A stretch of DNA of 64,000 nt from Candidatus Adlerbacteria bacterium (GTDB taxonomy: Bacteria; Patescibacteriota; Minisyncoccia; Phycocordibacterales; SBAW01): contig JARIGK010000001.1 of assembly GCA_029288895.1 (NCBI GenBank), forward strand, positions 1,446 through 65,445. Direction: 5' to 3'. The position numbers and the translations under genes were made by a program. This document shows positions 45,399 through 54,829 of this stretch, piece after piece; the first letter of the stretch is position 1, and the number at the start of each line of letters is the position of its first letter. A model generated the notes under the pieces. The model saw only the letters and a list, made by a program, of their open reading frames with translations. It did not search any database and was not told the DNA's origin.

Positions 45399-47708
45399 AT
45401 GTCGTATACACGCCTGTTGCGCTCGAGCCTGCTTGTGGGCCTTGCTGCGGTCTTTTTTATACCGTTTGTTATTGCCGATGGTGGCTCGGGTTTTTCGAAC
45501 TCTGGTCTCTCCAACCTCTACATCCCGTTCTTCGGGATGTTCTTCCCATTTATTACAGGTAAGAACTTCGTCTTCCGTATCATCGTCGAAATAGTGTGTG
45601 CGCTCTACGTGTTGCTTGCCTTGCGCGAGCCGAAGTACCGCCCACGCGCATCGCACGTGATGTGGGTGCTTGGCGCGTTCGTATTGTGGATCGGCGTCTC
45701 GACTATCTTCAGTGTGGACCCGGTCAAAAGCTTCTGGAGCAACCTTGAGCGTATGGAAGGGTATGTCACGATGCTGCATCTCTTTGTGTACTTCACTATT
45801 GTTGGTGCTGTTGTCGCAGCAGAAGAGTGGTGGGACAAATTGTTTAAAGTTTCTATCGCATCGTCGGTGTTGATGGGCTTGTATGCAGTGCTCCAACTTT
45901 CGCACATCTTTCCGATTAGCAGCCAGAGCGGTACCCGCGTGGACGGTACCTTCGGCAATGCGATCTACTTGGCAGTGTTTATGCTCTGCAACTTGTTCCT
46001 GACATTGTTTATGTTGGTGCGCCGCCGCCACACTCCGACAAACCAGGCGCTCTATGGCGTAGCGCTCGTACTCCAGTTTGCTGGACTCTTCTTTACTGAA
46101 ACCCGCGGTGCGTTGCTTGGCTTTATCGGCGGCCTTATCATCGCCGCGCTCTATATTGTATGGAAAGGCCGTTCGGCCGAGGTGCGCCCGCTGCGCCGCA
46201 TCGCGATGTGGGGGCTCGGCATTCTCGCAATCCTTATTGTTGCCTTTGTTGCGCTACGCTCGACACCATTTCTCCAGCACAGCAGCACATTAGGCCGCCT
46301 CGCATCTATCTCGCTTAACGACACCACAACTCGTGCACGCCTCTTCTATATATGGCCAATTGCGCTGAAGGGTGCGACAGAAAGTCCGCGCGCAATGATC
46401 GTGGGCCACGGCGAAGAAAACTTTAACTTCGTCTTCAACAAATACTATGTACCGCAGATGTACAACCAAGAGCAGTGGTTTGACCGCGCACACAACCAAT
46501 TCCTCGACTGGTTGATTGCGGGCGGCATCCCAGCCTTCCTTCTCTACGTTGCGCTGTTTGGTGTCATGGTGTGGATCATCATGGGCTCAGCTCTGAGCGT
46601 GCCAGAACAGGCGATACTGCTTGGCCTCCTTGGTGCGTATGCATTCAACAACCTCACAGTGTTCGACGACATCATGAGCTCGATCTACTTCATGCTCGTG
46701 CTCGCGTTTGTACACTCGCTTACCAAAAAGAATCCGCCGCGCTGGATGTTTATGACGCGCCCAGCAAACGATCAGGCACTTGCTATTGCTGCACCGATTG
46801 TTGCTATCGCAGCCGTGTTTGTAATTTGGGTGACGAATGCGCCAGCTATGGCCCGTGCAGAAAATCTCCTCACGGCGCTCACAACGCAGGTGGCGATACC
46901 AAACGGCCAAGGTGGCTTCACGGCACAGCAAAAAGATGCAAAGACGATTTTGGCAAATTACCAAACAGCACTTGGCGCTGGCGTATGGCCAGGTACCGAG
47001 CTTGGACGCCAAGAGGTGACAGAGCAGTTGCTGCAGTATGCGTCGGGCTTGGCATCGTCTAACTCAGTCGACCCGGCAGTCAAACAAGATACGGCAAGCG
47101 CAGCGCAGAATGCTATTACATCGCTGATGCAGCAGCGTCCGCATGACGCACGCCTCGAACTCTTCAACGGTGCATTTCTGGATAGCTTTGGCCAGTATCC
47201 GCAGGCAATAGAAATCTTGAAGCAGGCGCTCGCCGACTCGCCAAACAAACAGCAGATTATGTTTGAAATGGGCGTGTCGTACTTGAATGCAGGGCAGAAT
47301 GCACAGGCGTTGCCAATATTGAAAGCAGCGTTCGATGAAGAGCCAGACTTTGCTGATGCACGCATTCTCTATGCGTCGGGCCTCTACTATACGGGGGACA
47401 AAGCAGATGCAGATGCGTTGCTCACGGCGGGCTTTGGTTCGGTACTCGTTGATGACTCGCGCTTAATGCAGGTCTACGTTAACACGAAGCAGTACGACCG
47501 CGTCGTCGGTATCTGGAAGCTTCGCGTGCAGAAAGACCCGGGCAACGTGCAGTATGTGTTGGGGCTTGCGGCTGCATATTTCACCGCGGGTGACAAAACA
47601 AATGCTATCGCACAGCTTGAGCGTGCAGCACAGCTCGACCCTGCATTGAACTCACAGATTCAAGCCGTCATTACGCAAATCAAAAACGGCACCCTCAAAA
47701 CTCAGTAA
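45399..47708 (+). CDS. O-antigen ligase/polymerase-like (Wzy_C) membrane protein with C-terminal TPR repeats
   Basis: Multi-TM N-terminal half with a large extracytoplasmic loop. The C-terminal part of about 300 aa has TPR-like repeats (QYPQAIEILKQALADSPN..., GDKTNAIAQLERAAQLDP). The start was chosen at MSYTRLL. Confidence 0.7.
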   Translation: MSYTRLLRSSLLVGLAAVFFIPFVIADGGSGFSNSGLSNLYIPFFGMFFPFITGKNFVFRIIVEIVCALYVLLALREPKYRPRASHVMWVLGAFVLWIGVSTIFSVDPVKSFWSNLERMEGYVTMLHLFVYFTIVGAVVAAEEWWDKLFKVSIASSVLMGLYAVLQLSHIFPISSQSGTRVDGTFGNAIYLAVFMLCNLFLTLFMLVRRRHTPTNQALYGVALVLQFAGLFFTETRGALLGFIGGLIIAALYIVWKGRSAEVRPLRRIAMWGLGILAILIVAFVALRSTPFLQHSSTLGRLASISLNDTTTRARLFYIWPIALKGATESPRAMIVGHGEENFNFVFNKYYVPQMYNQEQWFDRAHNQFLDWLIAGGIPAFLLYVALFGVMVWIIMGSALSVPEQAILLGLLGAYAFNNLTVFDDIMSSIYFMLVLAFVHSLTKKNPPRWMFMTRPANDQALAIAAPIVAIAAVFVIWVTNAPAMARAENLLTALTTQVAIPNGQGGFTAQQKDAKTILANYQTALGAGVWPGTELGRQEVTEQLLQYASGLASSNSVDPAVKQDTASAAQNAITSLMQQRPHDARLELFNGAFLDSFGQYPQAIEILKQALADSPNKQQIMFEMGVSYLNAGQNAQALPILKAAFDEEPDFADARILYASGLYYTGDKADADALLTAGFGSVLVDDSRLMQVYVNTKQYDRVVGIWKLRVQKDPGNVQYVLGLAAAYFTAGDKTNAIAQLERAAQLDPALNSQIQAVITQIKNGTLKTQ

Positions 47709-47717
47709 TATAGGAGG

Positions 47718-48728
47718 ATGAAGGTAGAAGAAAATATCGCGTTGGCTCCGTATACGACATTTCGTATAGGCGGGCCGGCGCGATTTTTCGCTGTCGCAAA
47801 ATCAATCGACGATATACGCGAAGCCGTTCGTTTTGCGAACGAACACTCGTGCGCCGTTTTTATTCTTGGTGGCGGCTCAAACGTACTTGTTGATGATGCA
47901 GGGTTCGATGGGCTTGTACTTAAAGTCGAGCTTCAGGGCGTGGATGTAGACAAGAACGAAAAAGAAGTTCGTATAACAGCGTCGGCGGGTGAGGTGTGGG
48001 ACGAAGTTGTTGCACGTGCAGTCGGGGAAGATGCGTGGGGCATTGAAAATCTTTCGGGTGTGCCGGGCACTGTGGGAGGCGCGGTGGTGCAAAACATTGG
48101 CGCCTATGGCGCAGCGCTTTCGCAAACCCTTACAAGCGTAGAGGTATTTGATACGCGTACGAATGATGTAAAAACACGTTCTGTTGGTGAATGTAAGTTC
48201 GGATATCGTGGAAGTATCTTTAAAGAAGAAGAGGGGAGATATGTGGTGCTTACTGCAACATTCGTACTTTCAAAGAACCCTGCGCCTAATATCTCGTACA
48301 AAGATTTGAAGGCCCGCTTCGGGGATTCGAGCATGGATATACGAGCCATTCGCGATGCGGTGTTGGCGATACGTGCTGCGAAATTCCCTGATTTGCATGT
48401 TGAAGGCACGGCCGGTTCGTTCTTTAAAAACCCTATTATGTCGCGTGCTGATGCGGATGCACTTAAAGCCACGTACCCTGATATGCCGTTATTTGATATG
48501 CCAGAAACGGATGGCGTAAAAGTGCCGCTTGCATGGCTTCTTGATAATGCATTGCATATGAAAGGTGCAACGGTTGGCGGCGCACGTTTGTTTGAAAACC
48601 AAGTGCTCGTGATCGCAGCAAAGAGAAATACGCACGCGCGTGATGTGAAAGAACTTGCATCGAATGTGCAGAAAAAAGTTTTTGAAGAATTAAAAATTGA
48701 AATAGAACCAGAAGTAAAAATTTTATAA
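47718..48728 (+). CDS. murB: UDP-N-acetylenolpyruvoylglucosamine reductase
   Basis: TFRIGGPARFF...ILGGGSNVLV FAD-binding motif and MurB C-terminal domain. Confidence 0.92.
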   Translation: MKVEENIALAPYTTFRIGGPARFFAVAKSIDDIREAVRFANEHSCAVFILGGGSNVLVDDAGFDGLVLKVELQGVDVDKNEKEVRITASAGEVWDEVVARAVGEDAWGIENLSGVPGTVGGAVVQNIGAYGAALSQTLTSVEVFDTRTNDVKTRSVGECKFGYRGSIFKEEEGRYVVLTATFVLSKNPAPNISYKDLKARFGDSSMDIRAIRDAVLAIRAAKFPDLHVEGTAGSFFKNPIMSRADADALKATYPDMPLFDMPETDGVKVPLAWLLDNALHMKGATVGGARLFENQVLVIAAKRNTHARDVKELASNVQKKVFEELKIEIEPEVKIL

Positions 48729-48905
48729 AAACTTTTTTAGAAAAAAGTTATCCACAGAAAAAAAATAATTTTCATTGTATCTACAATTTATTTTCGTGAT
48801 ACTTACAACAGAGCATCGAGATTGCTCTTGAAATTTCCGCGGAGGTTTCTTGAAGCAAGGTCGGTCGATGTCCAAAACAATTTGCGACGAAAGTTGCACA
48901 CAATT

Positions 48906-48947
48906 ATGGCAAAGAAGAAGAAAGCAGCAAAGAAGAAGCGCCGCTAA
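48906..48947 (+). CDS. polybasic micro-ORF (MAKKKKAAKKKRR), speculative
   Basis: ATG...TAA reading frame of 13 codons in a 345-bp intergenic spacer, followed 50 nt later by a strong intrinsic terminator. Confidence 0.2.
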   Translation: MAKKKKAAKKKRR

Positions 48948-48993
48948 CCGCGTTTCTCTCCTGCAGTTCTATGCAGGACATCCTCTCGAAAGA

Positions 48994-49028
48994 AAAGTCT
49001 CCCGCCCCGGCGGGGGATTTTTCTTTGT
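48994..49028 (+). terminator. Rho-independent terminator
   Basis: tctcccgccccggcgggggatttttctttg: GC hairpin followed by a T-run, upstream of secA. Confidence 0.75.
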
Positions 49029-49073
49029 ACTGCGCCTGCGTAAATGGGTCATTTGTGGTAGTCTGGTTTAATC

Positions 49074-51539
49074 ATGATTTCCCTGAAATCTCTCTTTGGC
49101 GGAGGCTCTAACCGGGTGGTGAAAGACACGGCGAGGGCGGTGGCACGTATCAATGCCTTGGAGCCAGAATTCCAAGCGCTGTCAGACGAGGGGCTTACGG
49201 CAAAAACCGCTGAATTCCGGGTACGCTTGGGACAGGGGGCAACATTGGATGAGCTTTTGCCTGAGGCGTTTGCTGCTGTACGGGAAAGCGCCCGCCGTAC
49301 TCTTAAATTGCGCCCTTTTGACGTACAGCTTATTGGCGGCATCGTGATGCATAACCGCGGCATTGCCGAGATGCGCACGGGCGAAGGCAAGACACTTGTC
49401 GCAACATTACCAACCTACTTGAATGCCCTCGCAGGAAAAGGCGTGCACGTGGTTACCGTCAACGACTACTTGGCCCGCCGCGACGCAGTATGGATGGGGC
49501 AGGTATATGCAGCGCTTGGATTGACGGTGGGCGTCATCAACCACGACGCGTCATTTATATATGACGAGACCCACAAAGAGAACGATGCCATCCGCGACGA
49601 AGAAGCGAGCTTCCATGTCTTCCATGAATTTTTGCGCCCGTGCACACGCGCGCAGGCGTACGAAGCCGACATTACCTACGGCACCAACAGCGAATACGGC
49701 TTTGACTATTTGCGCGACAACATTGCGTACAACTCAAATGAGTTGCGCCAACGCGGCCACTACTTTGCTGTGGTCGACGAAATCGACTCTATATTGATCG
49801 ACGAAGCGCGCACGCCGCTTATTATTTCGGCGCCTGCCGCAGAGTCGGAAGACTTGTACCGCACCTTTGCTGACTTGGCCGGAAAGTTGAACCCTTCGAC
49901 CGATTACACCGTCGACGAAAAGCAGAAAGCCATCCAGATGACTGATGCGGGCATTGAGCATGCCGAAAAATTACTTGGCATCGAAAATATCTATACCGAA
50001 AAGGGCATTAAGTACGTGCATCATTTGGAAACTGCGGTGCGAGCACGTGCCTTGTTTGAGCGCGACAAGCAATATGTCGTCAAAGACGGCGAGGTTGTTA
50101 TTGTCGACGAATTTACGGGCCGTATGCAGCCGGGCCGCCGCTGGAGCGAGGGTTTGCATCAGGCAATTGAGGCAAAAGAACATGTGACGGTACAGAAAGA
50201 GTCGCGCACCTACGCGTCGATTACGTACCAAAACTATTTCCGCCTCTACGAAAAGTTGGCGGGTATGACGGGTACTGCCAAGACCTCTGCAGAAGAGTTC
50301 TACAAAGTGTATGGATTGGAGGTCGTCGATATCCCGACCAACAAACCGGTAGTACGAGAAGATCGCCACGACTTTATCTTCCAAACAGAGAACGGTAAGT
50401 TCAAAGCGCTTGCACGCAAAATAAAAGAATTGCACAAAAAAGGCCAGCCTGTCTTGGTAGGTACCGTTTCAATCGAGAAGAACGAGTTGCTGTCTGCATA
50501 CTTGAAGCAAGAAGGTATCCCGCACGAATTGTTGAACGCAAAGAACCACGAGCGCGAAGGCGAGATTGTGGCCGAGGCAGGCAAGAAGGGGAGAGTCACG
50601 GTTGCCACTAACATGGCAGGCCGCGGCGTCGACATTAAATTGGGCGGCATTGCAGCCACCAAAGAAGAGGCCGATGAGATACGCGCGATGGGCGGGCTCT
50701 TTGTGCTTGGCACTGAACGCCACGAGGCACGCCGCATCGACAACCAATTGCGCGGCCGCTCGGGCCGCCAAGGCGACCCAGGCGAGACGCAGTTTTTCGT
50801 ATCGCTTGAGGACAGCTTGATGCGCATTTTTGCCTCCGATTCTATTAAAGGGTTAATGGGGCGCTTTGGTATTGCAGAAGACGAGCCGATTACTAATTCG
50901 CTCGTGTCGCGCGCACTTGAAAGTGCACAGACAAAGATCGAGGGTTTTAACTTCGATGCCCGCAAGCACGTGCTTGAGTTCGACAATGTGCTGGACCGCC
51001 AGCGCAAAGCCGTGTACGACCGCCGCCGCAAAGTACTTATTGGTACGCTCGACGATGTTGAAGATGTATTGAAAGAGCTTGCAGGCGAAAGTGAGGCGGC
51101 GCTTGAAGTACTCAAGAAAAAAGAAATTGAGCTTGGCCGCGAGGTGATGCTTGGCGCTGCACGCATGATGGTGCTTCAGACACTCGACATGCTCTGGGTC
51201 GAGCATTTGGAATCAATGGAATATTTGCGCGGCAGCGTCAACTTGCGTGCCTATGGCCAGCGCGACCCGCTCACGGAGTATCGCAAAGAAGGCACGCGCA
51301 TCTACAAAGACATGGAGTACATGTTGGCAGCGCGCGTTTTTGAGATGCTCGAGAATCTCACTAAAGAATCGATGCAGCCAGCGCCTGTGCCTGTGATTAC
51401 CTTGGAAGTCCCGCCCGGCGGGGAAGAGGTGGGCCGCAACGATAAAGTGACTATCACCAACGGTACCGAAACTCAGGAACTAAAATATAAAAAAGCAGAA
51501 CCGCTCTTGAAGCAGGGCTGGCGTATTGTCGAAAAATAG
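49074..51539 (+). CDS. secA: preprotein translocase ATPase SecA
   Basis: GEGKTLVATLP Walker A, VTVNDYLARRD, DEIDSILIDEARTPLIIS, GRSGRQGDPG motifs. Confidence 0.97.
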   Translation: MISLKSLFGGGSNRVVKDTARAVARINALEPEFQALSDEGLTAKTAEFRVRLGQGATLDELLPEAFAAVRESARRTLKLRPFDVQLIGGIVMHNRGIAEMRTGEGKTLVATLPTYLNALAGKGVHVVTVNDYLARRDAVWMGQVYAALGLTVGVINHDASFIYDETHKENDAIRDEEASFHVFHEFLRPCTRAQAYEADITYGTNSEYGFDYLRDNIAYNSNELRQRGHYFAVVDEIDSILIDEARTPLIISAPAAESEDLYRTFADLAGKLNPSTDYTVDEKQKAIQMTDAGIEHAEKLLGIENIYTEKGIKYVHHLETAVRARALFERDKQYVVKDGEVVIVDEFTGRMQPGRRWSEGLHQAIEAKEHVTVQKESRTYASITYQNYFRLYEKLAGMTGTAKTSAEEFYKVYGLEVVDIPTNKPVVREDRHDFIFQTENGKFKALARKIKELHKKGQPVLVGTVSIEKNELLSAYLKQEGIPHELLNAKNHEREGEIVAEAGKKGRVTVATNMAGRGVDIKLGGIAATKEEADEIRAMGGLFVLGTERHEARRIDNQLRGRSGRQGDPGETQFFVSLEDSLMRIFASDSIKGLMGRFGIAEDEPITNSLVSRALESAQTKIEGFNFDARKHVLEFDNVLDRQRKAVYDRRRKVLIGTLDDVEDVLKELAGESEAALEVLKKKEIELGREVMLGAARMMVLQTLDMLWVEHLESMEYLRGSVNLRAYGQRDPLTEYRKEGTRIYKDMEYMLAARVFEMLENLTKESMQPAPVPVITLEVPPGGEEVGRNDKVTITNGTETQELKYKKAEPLLKQGWRIVEK

Positions 51540-51577
51540 TCGGTATACTAAAGCTCTATAAGTCTAGTTTTTATAGT

Positions 51578-51961
51578 ATGAACATGATGCGTAGTCGTGC
51601 GTATGAGATGGGTGCTACTTGGATAGCGCGCATATTTTTAGCAGCACAATTTGGTGTTGCGGCATATTTTAAAATAATCGGCTTTTCGGGCGAGGCAGCA
51701 ATGACCGCCTCTGTGGGCGTACCATTTGCCACAGTCGCCGTGGGCGCTGCGCTCGTGCTTGAAATTGTTGGCGTTATCGCACTTCTTTCGGGCGTTATGA
51801 TCCGCCAGGTGTCGCTCGTGCTTGCGCTCTATGTCGCGCTCTTGGCCGTACTTTTCTACCACAACTGGGCAGACCAGATGAGCTTCGGTTTCTTCATGAG
51901 CCACCTTGGCCTTGTCGCCGCACTGCTCTATGTTTCTGTCTTTGGCGCGCACAAGCACTAA
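51578..51961 (+). CDS. DoxX-family membrane protein
   Basis: Four predicted TM helices in 127 aa. Confidence 0.6.
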   Translation: MNMMRSRAYEMGATWIARIFLAAQFGVAAYFKIIGFSGEAAMTASVGVPFATVAVGAALVLEIVGVIALLSGVMIRQVSLVLALYVALLAVLFYHNWADQMSFGFFMSHLGLVAALLYVSVFGAHKH

Positions 51962-52025
51962 GCTCGACAGTTTGCCAAAATTCTAAAAATAACGTATAGT
52001 ATTTTTGGAATTGGGAGATTGAAGA

Positions 52026-52412
52026 ATGACTATTCCATTCGACCGGCACACGCCGGGCTGTAAGCCCACCTCACCTTGCCGGAACTGCGAGTTTTGGAAA
52101 CTGCTCAAAGAGGCGGTCAAAGAAAATCACGACTACGACAAATTAGTCGCATTGGCCCACGGGAACGAGTACGACTCTCAACTTCGAGAGAAACTCGAAC
52201 TTTCGATCCATGACTCAGGGTTTGGATTGCTGGGAGCTACCCGCAAGCTTTTGGAAGGCCAAGGTATTTCTCGTTTGCGAGATTTGGTTCCAAAGGAGGA
52301 ATCTGAACTTCTTCGGATTCCAAACCTTGGGAAGAAAAAGCTCATAGACATCAAGGATCGTTTGATGGCTCAAGGGTTGCATTTGGGCATGGATATCAGT
52401 CGCGCGGCTTAA
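52026..52412 (+). CDS. stand-alone protein with an RNA polymerase alpha-subunit C-terminal-domain-like HhH module and an N-terminal Cys cluster
   Basis: LELSIHDSGFGLLGATRKLLEGQGISRLRDLVPKEESELLRIPNLGKKKLIDIKDRLMAQGLHLGM closely mirrors RpoA alpha-CTD (LEL...S.R..N.L....I.T..DL......EL..I.NFGKKSL.EI...L...GL.LGM). The N-terminus carries C-x5-C-x2-C. Confidence 0.6.
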   Translation: MTIPFDRHTPGCKPTSPCRNCEFWKLLKEAVKENHDYDKLVALAHGNEYDSQLREKLELSIHDSGFGLLGATRKLLEGQGISRLRDLVPKEESELLRIPNLGKKKLIDIKDRLMAQGLHLGMDISRAA

Positions 52413-52435
52413 TAGGCCGCGCTTTTTTCTTTTGG
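52402..52435 (+). terminator. Rho-independent terminator
   Basis: gcgcggc-ttaatag-gccgcgc followed by ttttttcttttgg; overlaps the stop codon. Confidence 0.75.
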
Positions 52436-52442
52436 TACACTC

Positions 52443-52868
52443 ATGTATATGAGAGACACTGCAGGTGGCATCGTTAAAGGACCGGATGGAAGGATTGTCT
52501 TGGTGAATCAAGGCAGCAATGTGTGGTCATTCCCAAAAGGAGGTATTGAGCCAGGTGAAGATATTCAGAAGGCTGCCGAGCGCGAAGTAGAAGAAGAAAC
52601 TGGTATTACACAGCTCGAATGTGTAGAGGAACTTGGGTCGTATGAGCGATACAGAATAGGGAAGGGCGGCGTGGGCGAAGACATCGCTGCTGGGCTTATG
52701 AAACGCACCATATTCTTTTTCCGCACAAATCAACATGCGCTGCATCCTAAAGATGCGCAGGAAATTATAGATGTGCGCTACGTCACGCTTGACGAAGCGT
52801 ACGAACTTTTGACGCACCCGAAGGATAAAGAGTTTTTGAAGTCAGTTTGGAGTAAAATAGAAGAGTAA
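52443..52868 (+). CDS. NUDIX hydrolase
   Basis: GGIEPGEDIQKAAEREVEEETGI Nudix box. Confidence 0.85.
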   Translation: MYMRDTAGGIVKGPDGRIVLVNQGSNVWSFPKGGIEPGEDIQKAAEREVEEETGITQLECVEELGSYERYRIGKGGVGEDIAAGLMKRTIFFFRTNQHALHPKDAQEIIDVRYVTLDEAYELLTHPKDKEFLKSVWSKIEE

Positions 52869-53626
52869 TGCCCGACGCACTTACTTTGGCACCTGCCGCA
52901 TTCTTGGCCGGCCTTTTGATGTTCTTAGCTCCGTGCACGTTGCCGCTTGTGCCGGGCTACTTGGCATTTATCGCAGGCGTTCCTGAGACAGAGGTTGCAA
53001 AAACAGGCGCCCGCGAAGCCAAGCGTCGCGTGATGAAAAACGCATTCGCGTTCGTGCTTGGCTTCTCGTTCATATTTGTTGGGCTTGGGTTGTTTGCCGG
53101 AAGTATTGGTGCGTTACTCTTGCCGTGGCGAGATCTCGTCAGCCGTGGGGCAGGCGTGCTGCTTATTATCTTTGGGCTCACCATGCTTGGTGCGCTCAAG
53201 ATCCCATTTCTGATGAACGAGAAGCACATCAAACTTCCGCGTTTTATTACTATCGGGCGCCCTGAAAGTTCGTTCCTCATTGGTGCCTTGTTTGCGCTCG
53301 GGTGGACGCCTTGTATCGGGCCTATATTAGGAACAGTACTTTTGTTTGCATCGGCGTCTGCCACCGCGCTCCAAGGCGCACTACTTCTGTGTCTCTTTTC
53401 TCTTGGCCTAGCGCTTCCGTTTCTCGTCACCGCGTACCTCATCGGTACCGCAGGGCCTTTCTTTGCCCGCATGCAGGGTGCTGTGGCGCTGCTTTCCAAG
53501 GTTGCAGGGGGCATGCTCGTGGTATTTGGTGTCTATATGCTCGTGGGGTACATGGCGTTCTTCATGGCATGGACAGAAAACCTCTTTTCGCCCGAGATAT
53601 ATCGTTCATTGCTCAACCATCTGTGA
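52868..53626 (+). CDS. ccdA: cytochrome c-type biogenesis / thiol-disulfide transporter CcdA (DsbD transmembrane-domain family)
   Basis: FLAPCTLPLVPGYLAF and a second LGWTPCIGPILG half-site: the two conserved Cys of CcdA in a 6-TM protein. Confidence 0.85.
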   Translation: MPDALTLAPAAFLAGLLMFLAPCTLPLVPGYLAFIAGVPETEVAKTGAREAKRRVMKNAFAFVLGFSFIFVGLGLFAGSIGALLLPWRDLVSRGAGVLLIIFGLTMLGALKIPFLMNEKHIKLPRFITIGRPESSFLIGALFALGWTPCIGPILGTVLLFASASATALQGALLLCLFSLGLALPFLVTAYLIGTAGPFFARMQGAVALLSKVAGGMLVVFGVYMLVGYMAFFMAWTENLFSPEIYRSLLNHL

Positions 53627-53644
53627 GATAGTACGATTGCCTAT

Positions 53645-53845
53645 ATGATCAAGGCGCTCATACATACAGCCATTCTTGTTGGGGCAGTGCTTGTGCTTGC
53701 CCAGTTTGTGCCCTTTGTTGCGGCGCACGAGCAGCTGATGCTTATAGTTGCCGTTGTTATCGGCCTGGCGAGTTTTGTGCTGCGCTCGGTATTTATCTTG
53801 ATTCTGGTGGCGCTGGCAGCTGCCGCGTTTTACTTCTTCTCATAA
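53645..53845 (+). CDS. small hydrophobic membrane protein (66 aa)
   Basis: Two predicted TM helices. ORF-level evidence only. Confidence 0.4.
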   Translation: MIKALIHTAILVGAVLVLAQFVPFVAAHEQLMLIVAVVIGLASFVLRSVFILILVALAAAAFYFFS

Positions 53846-53848
53846 CCT

Positions 53849-54817
53849 ATGGCGTTCGTTGATGAAATGACAATAGCCGCACGCGCGGGCAACGGAGGAG
53901 ACGGCGTCGTGCGCTGGCTGCACTTAAAGGCACAAGAATTTTCTGGGCCTGCAGGCGGCAACGGTGGCAACGGTGGCGATTTCTATATCCAAGGCGTACG
54001 CGACATTAACTTGCTTGCGCGCTACCGCGGTGAGAAAAAGTTCCAAGCAGAAGATGGGCATGAGGGCCAAAATCGCCACAAAGCTGGCGCGGGCGGCAAA
54101 GACTTTACGCTCAACTTGCCTGTGGGCTCTATTGTCACCAATAAAAACACGGGCGAAGTCTTTGAACTTGTTGAAGAGAATAAACCAATCCTTGTGCTCA
54201 AAGGTGGCCGAGGCGGAGCCGGAAACATGGCATTTAAATCATCGACGAATCAAAGCCCGATGGAATCGACGCCGGGCGCACGTGGCGAAGAGGCAGAACT
54301 CCATGTCGAGCTGCGCCTCATAGCAGACGCAGGGCTTGTAGGCTTGCCCAACGCGGGCAAATCATCACTGTTGAATTCACTTACGGGCGCCTCGGCTAAA
54401 GTAGGTGCGTACGCCTTTACCACGCTCGACCCAAACTTGGGTGCTCTGTACGGATATGTGATAGCCGATATTCCTGGGTTAATCGATGGCGCATCGTCGG
54501 GGAAGGGTCTCGGTTTCCAATTTTTGCGTCACATCGCGCGGACGAAATTGCTCGTACACTGCGTGTCGCTTGAATCAGAAGACCCACTTGGCGACTACAA
54601 ACGTATCCGCAGCGAACTTGAACAATTTGAGGGCGGCATGCTCTCGGCAAAGCAAGAACTCGTTGTACTTACTAAATCTGATGCCCGCGACGCTGCCTAT
54701 ATAGAAGAAGTGCAGGCGCAGTTCAAAAAAGAGGGGAGGGAGACCCATACAGTGACTGTGCTCGACGACGAATCGGTCAAGAATTTCCGGGATACACTTA
54801 TTGCCGCATTGCGGTAA
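53849..54817 (+). CDS. obg: GTPase Obg
   Basis: Gly-rich N-terminal Obg fold (GGNGGNGGD), G1 GLPNAGKSSLL, G3 DIPGLI, G4 TKSD. Confidence 0.92.
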   Translation: MAFVDEMTIAARAGNGGDGVVRWLHLKAQEFSGPAGGNGGNGGDFYIQGVRDINLLARYRGEKKFQAEDGHEGQNRHKAGAGGKDFTLNLPVGSIVTNKNTGEVFELVEENKPILVLKGGRGGAGNMAFKSSTNQSPMESTPGARGEEAELHVELRLIADAGLVGLPNAGKSSLLNSLTGASAKVGAYAFTTLDPNLGALYGYVIADIPGLIDGASSGKGLGFQFLRHIARTKLLVHCVSLESEDPLGDYKRIRSELEQFEGGMLSAKQELVVLTKSDARDAAYIEEVQAQFKKEGRETHTVTVLDDESVKNFRDTLIAALR

Positions 54818-54829
54818 TATAGGGAAGAT

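Noticed and set aside
50300-51166. Antisense ORF 50300..51166 (-) 288 aa inside secA
   Set aside because: It sits opposite a near-certain secA gene. The product is Ser/Pro/Ala-rich low-complexity sequence.
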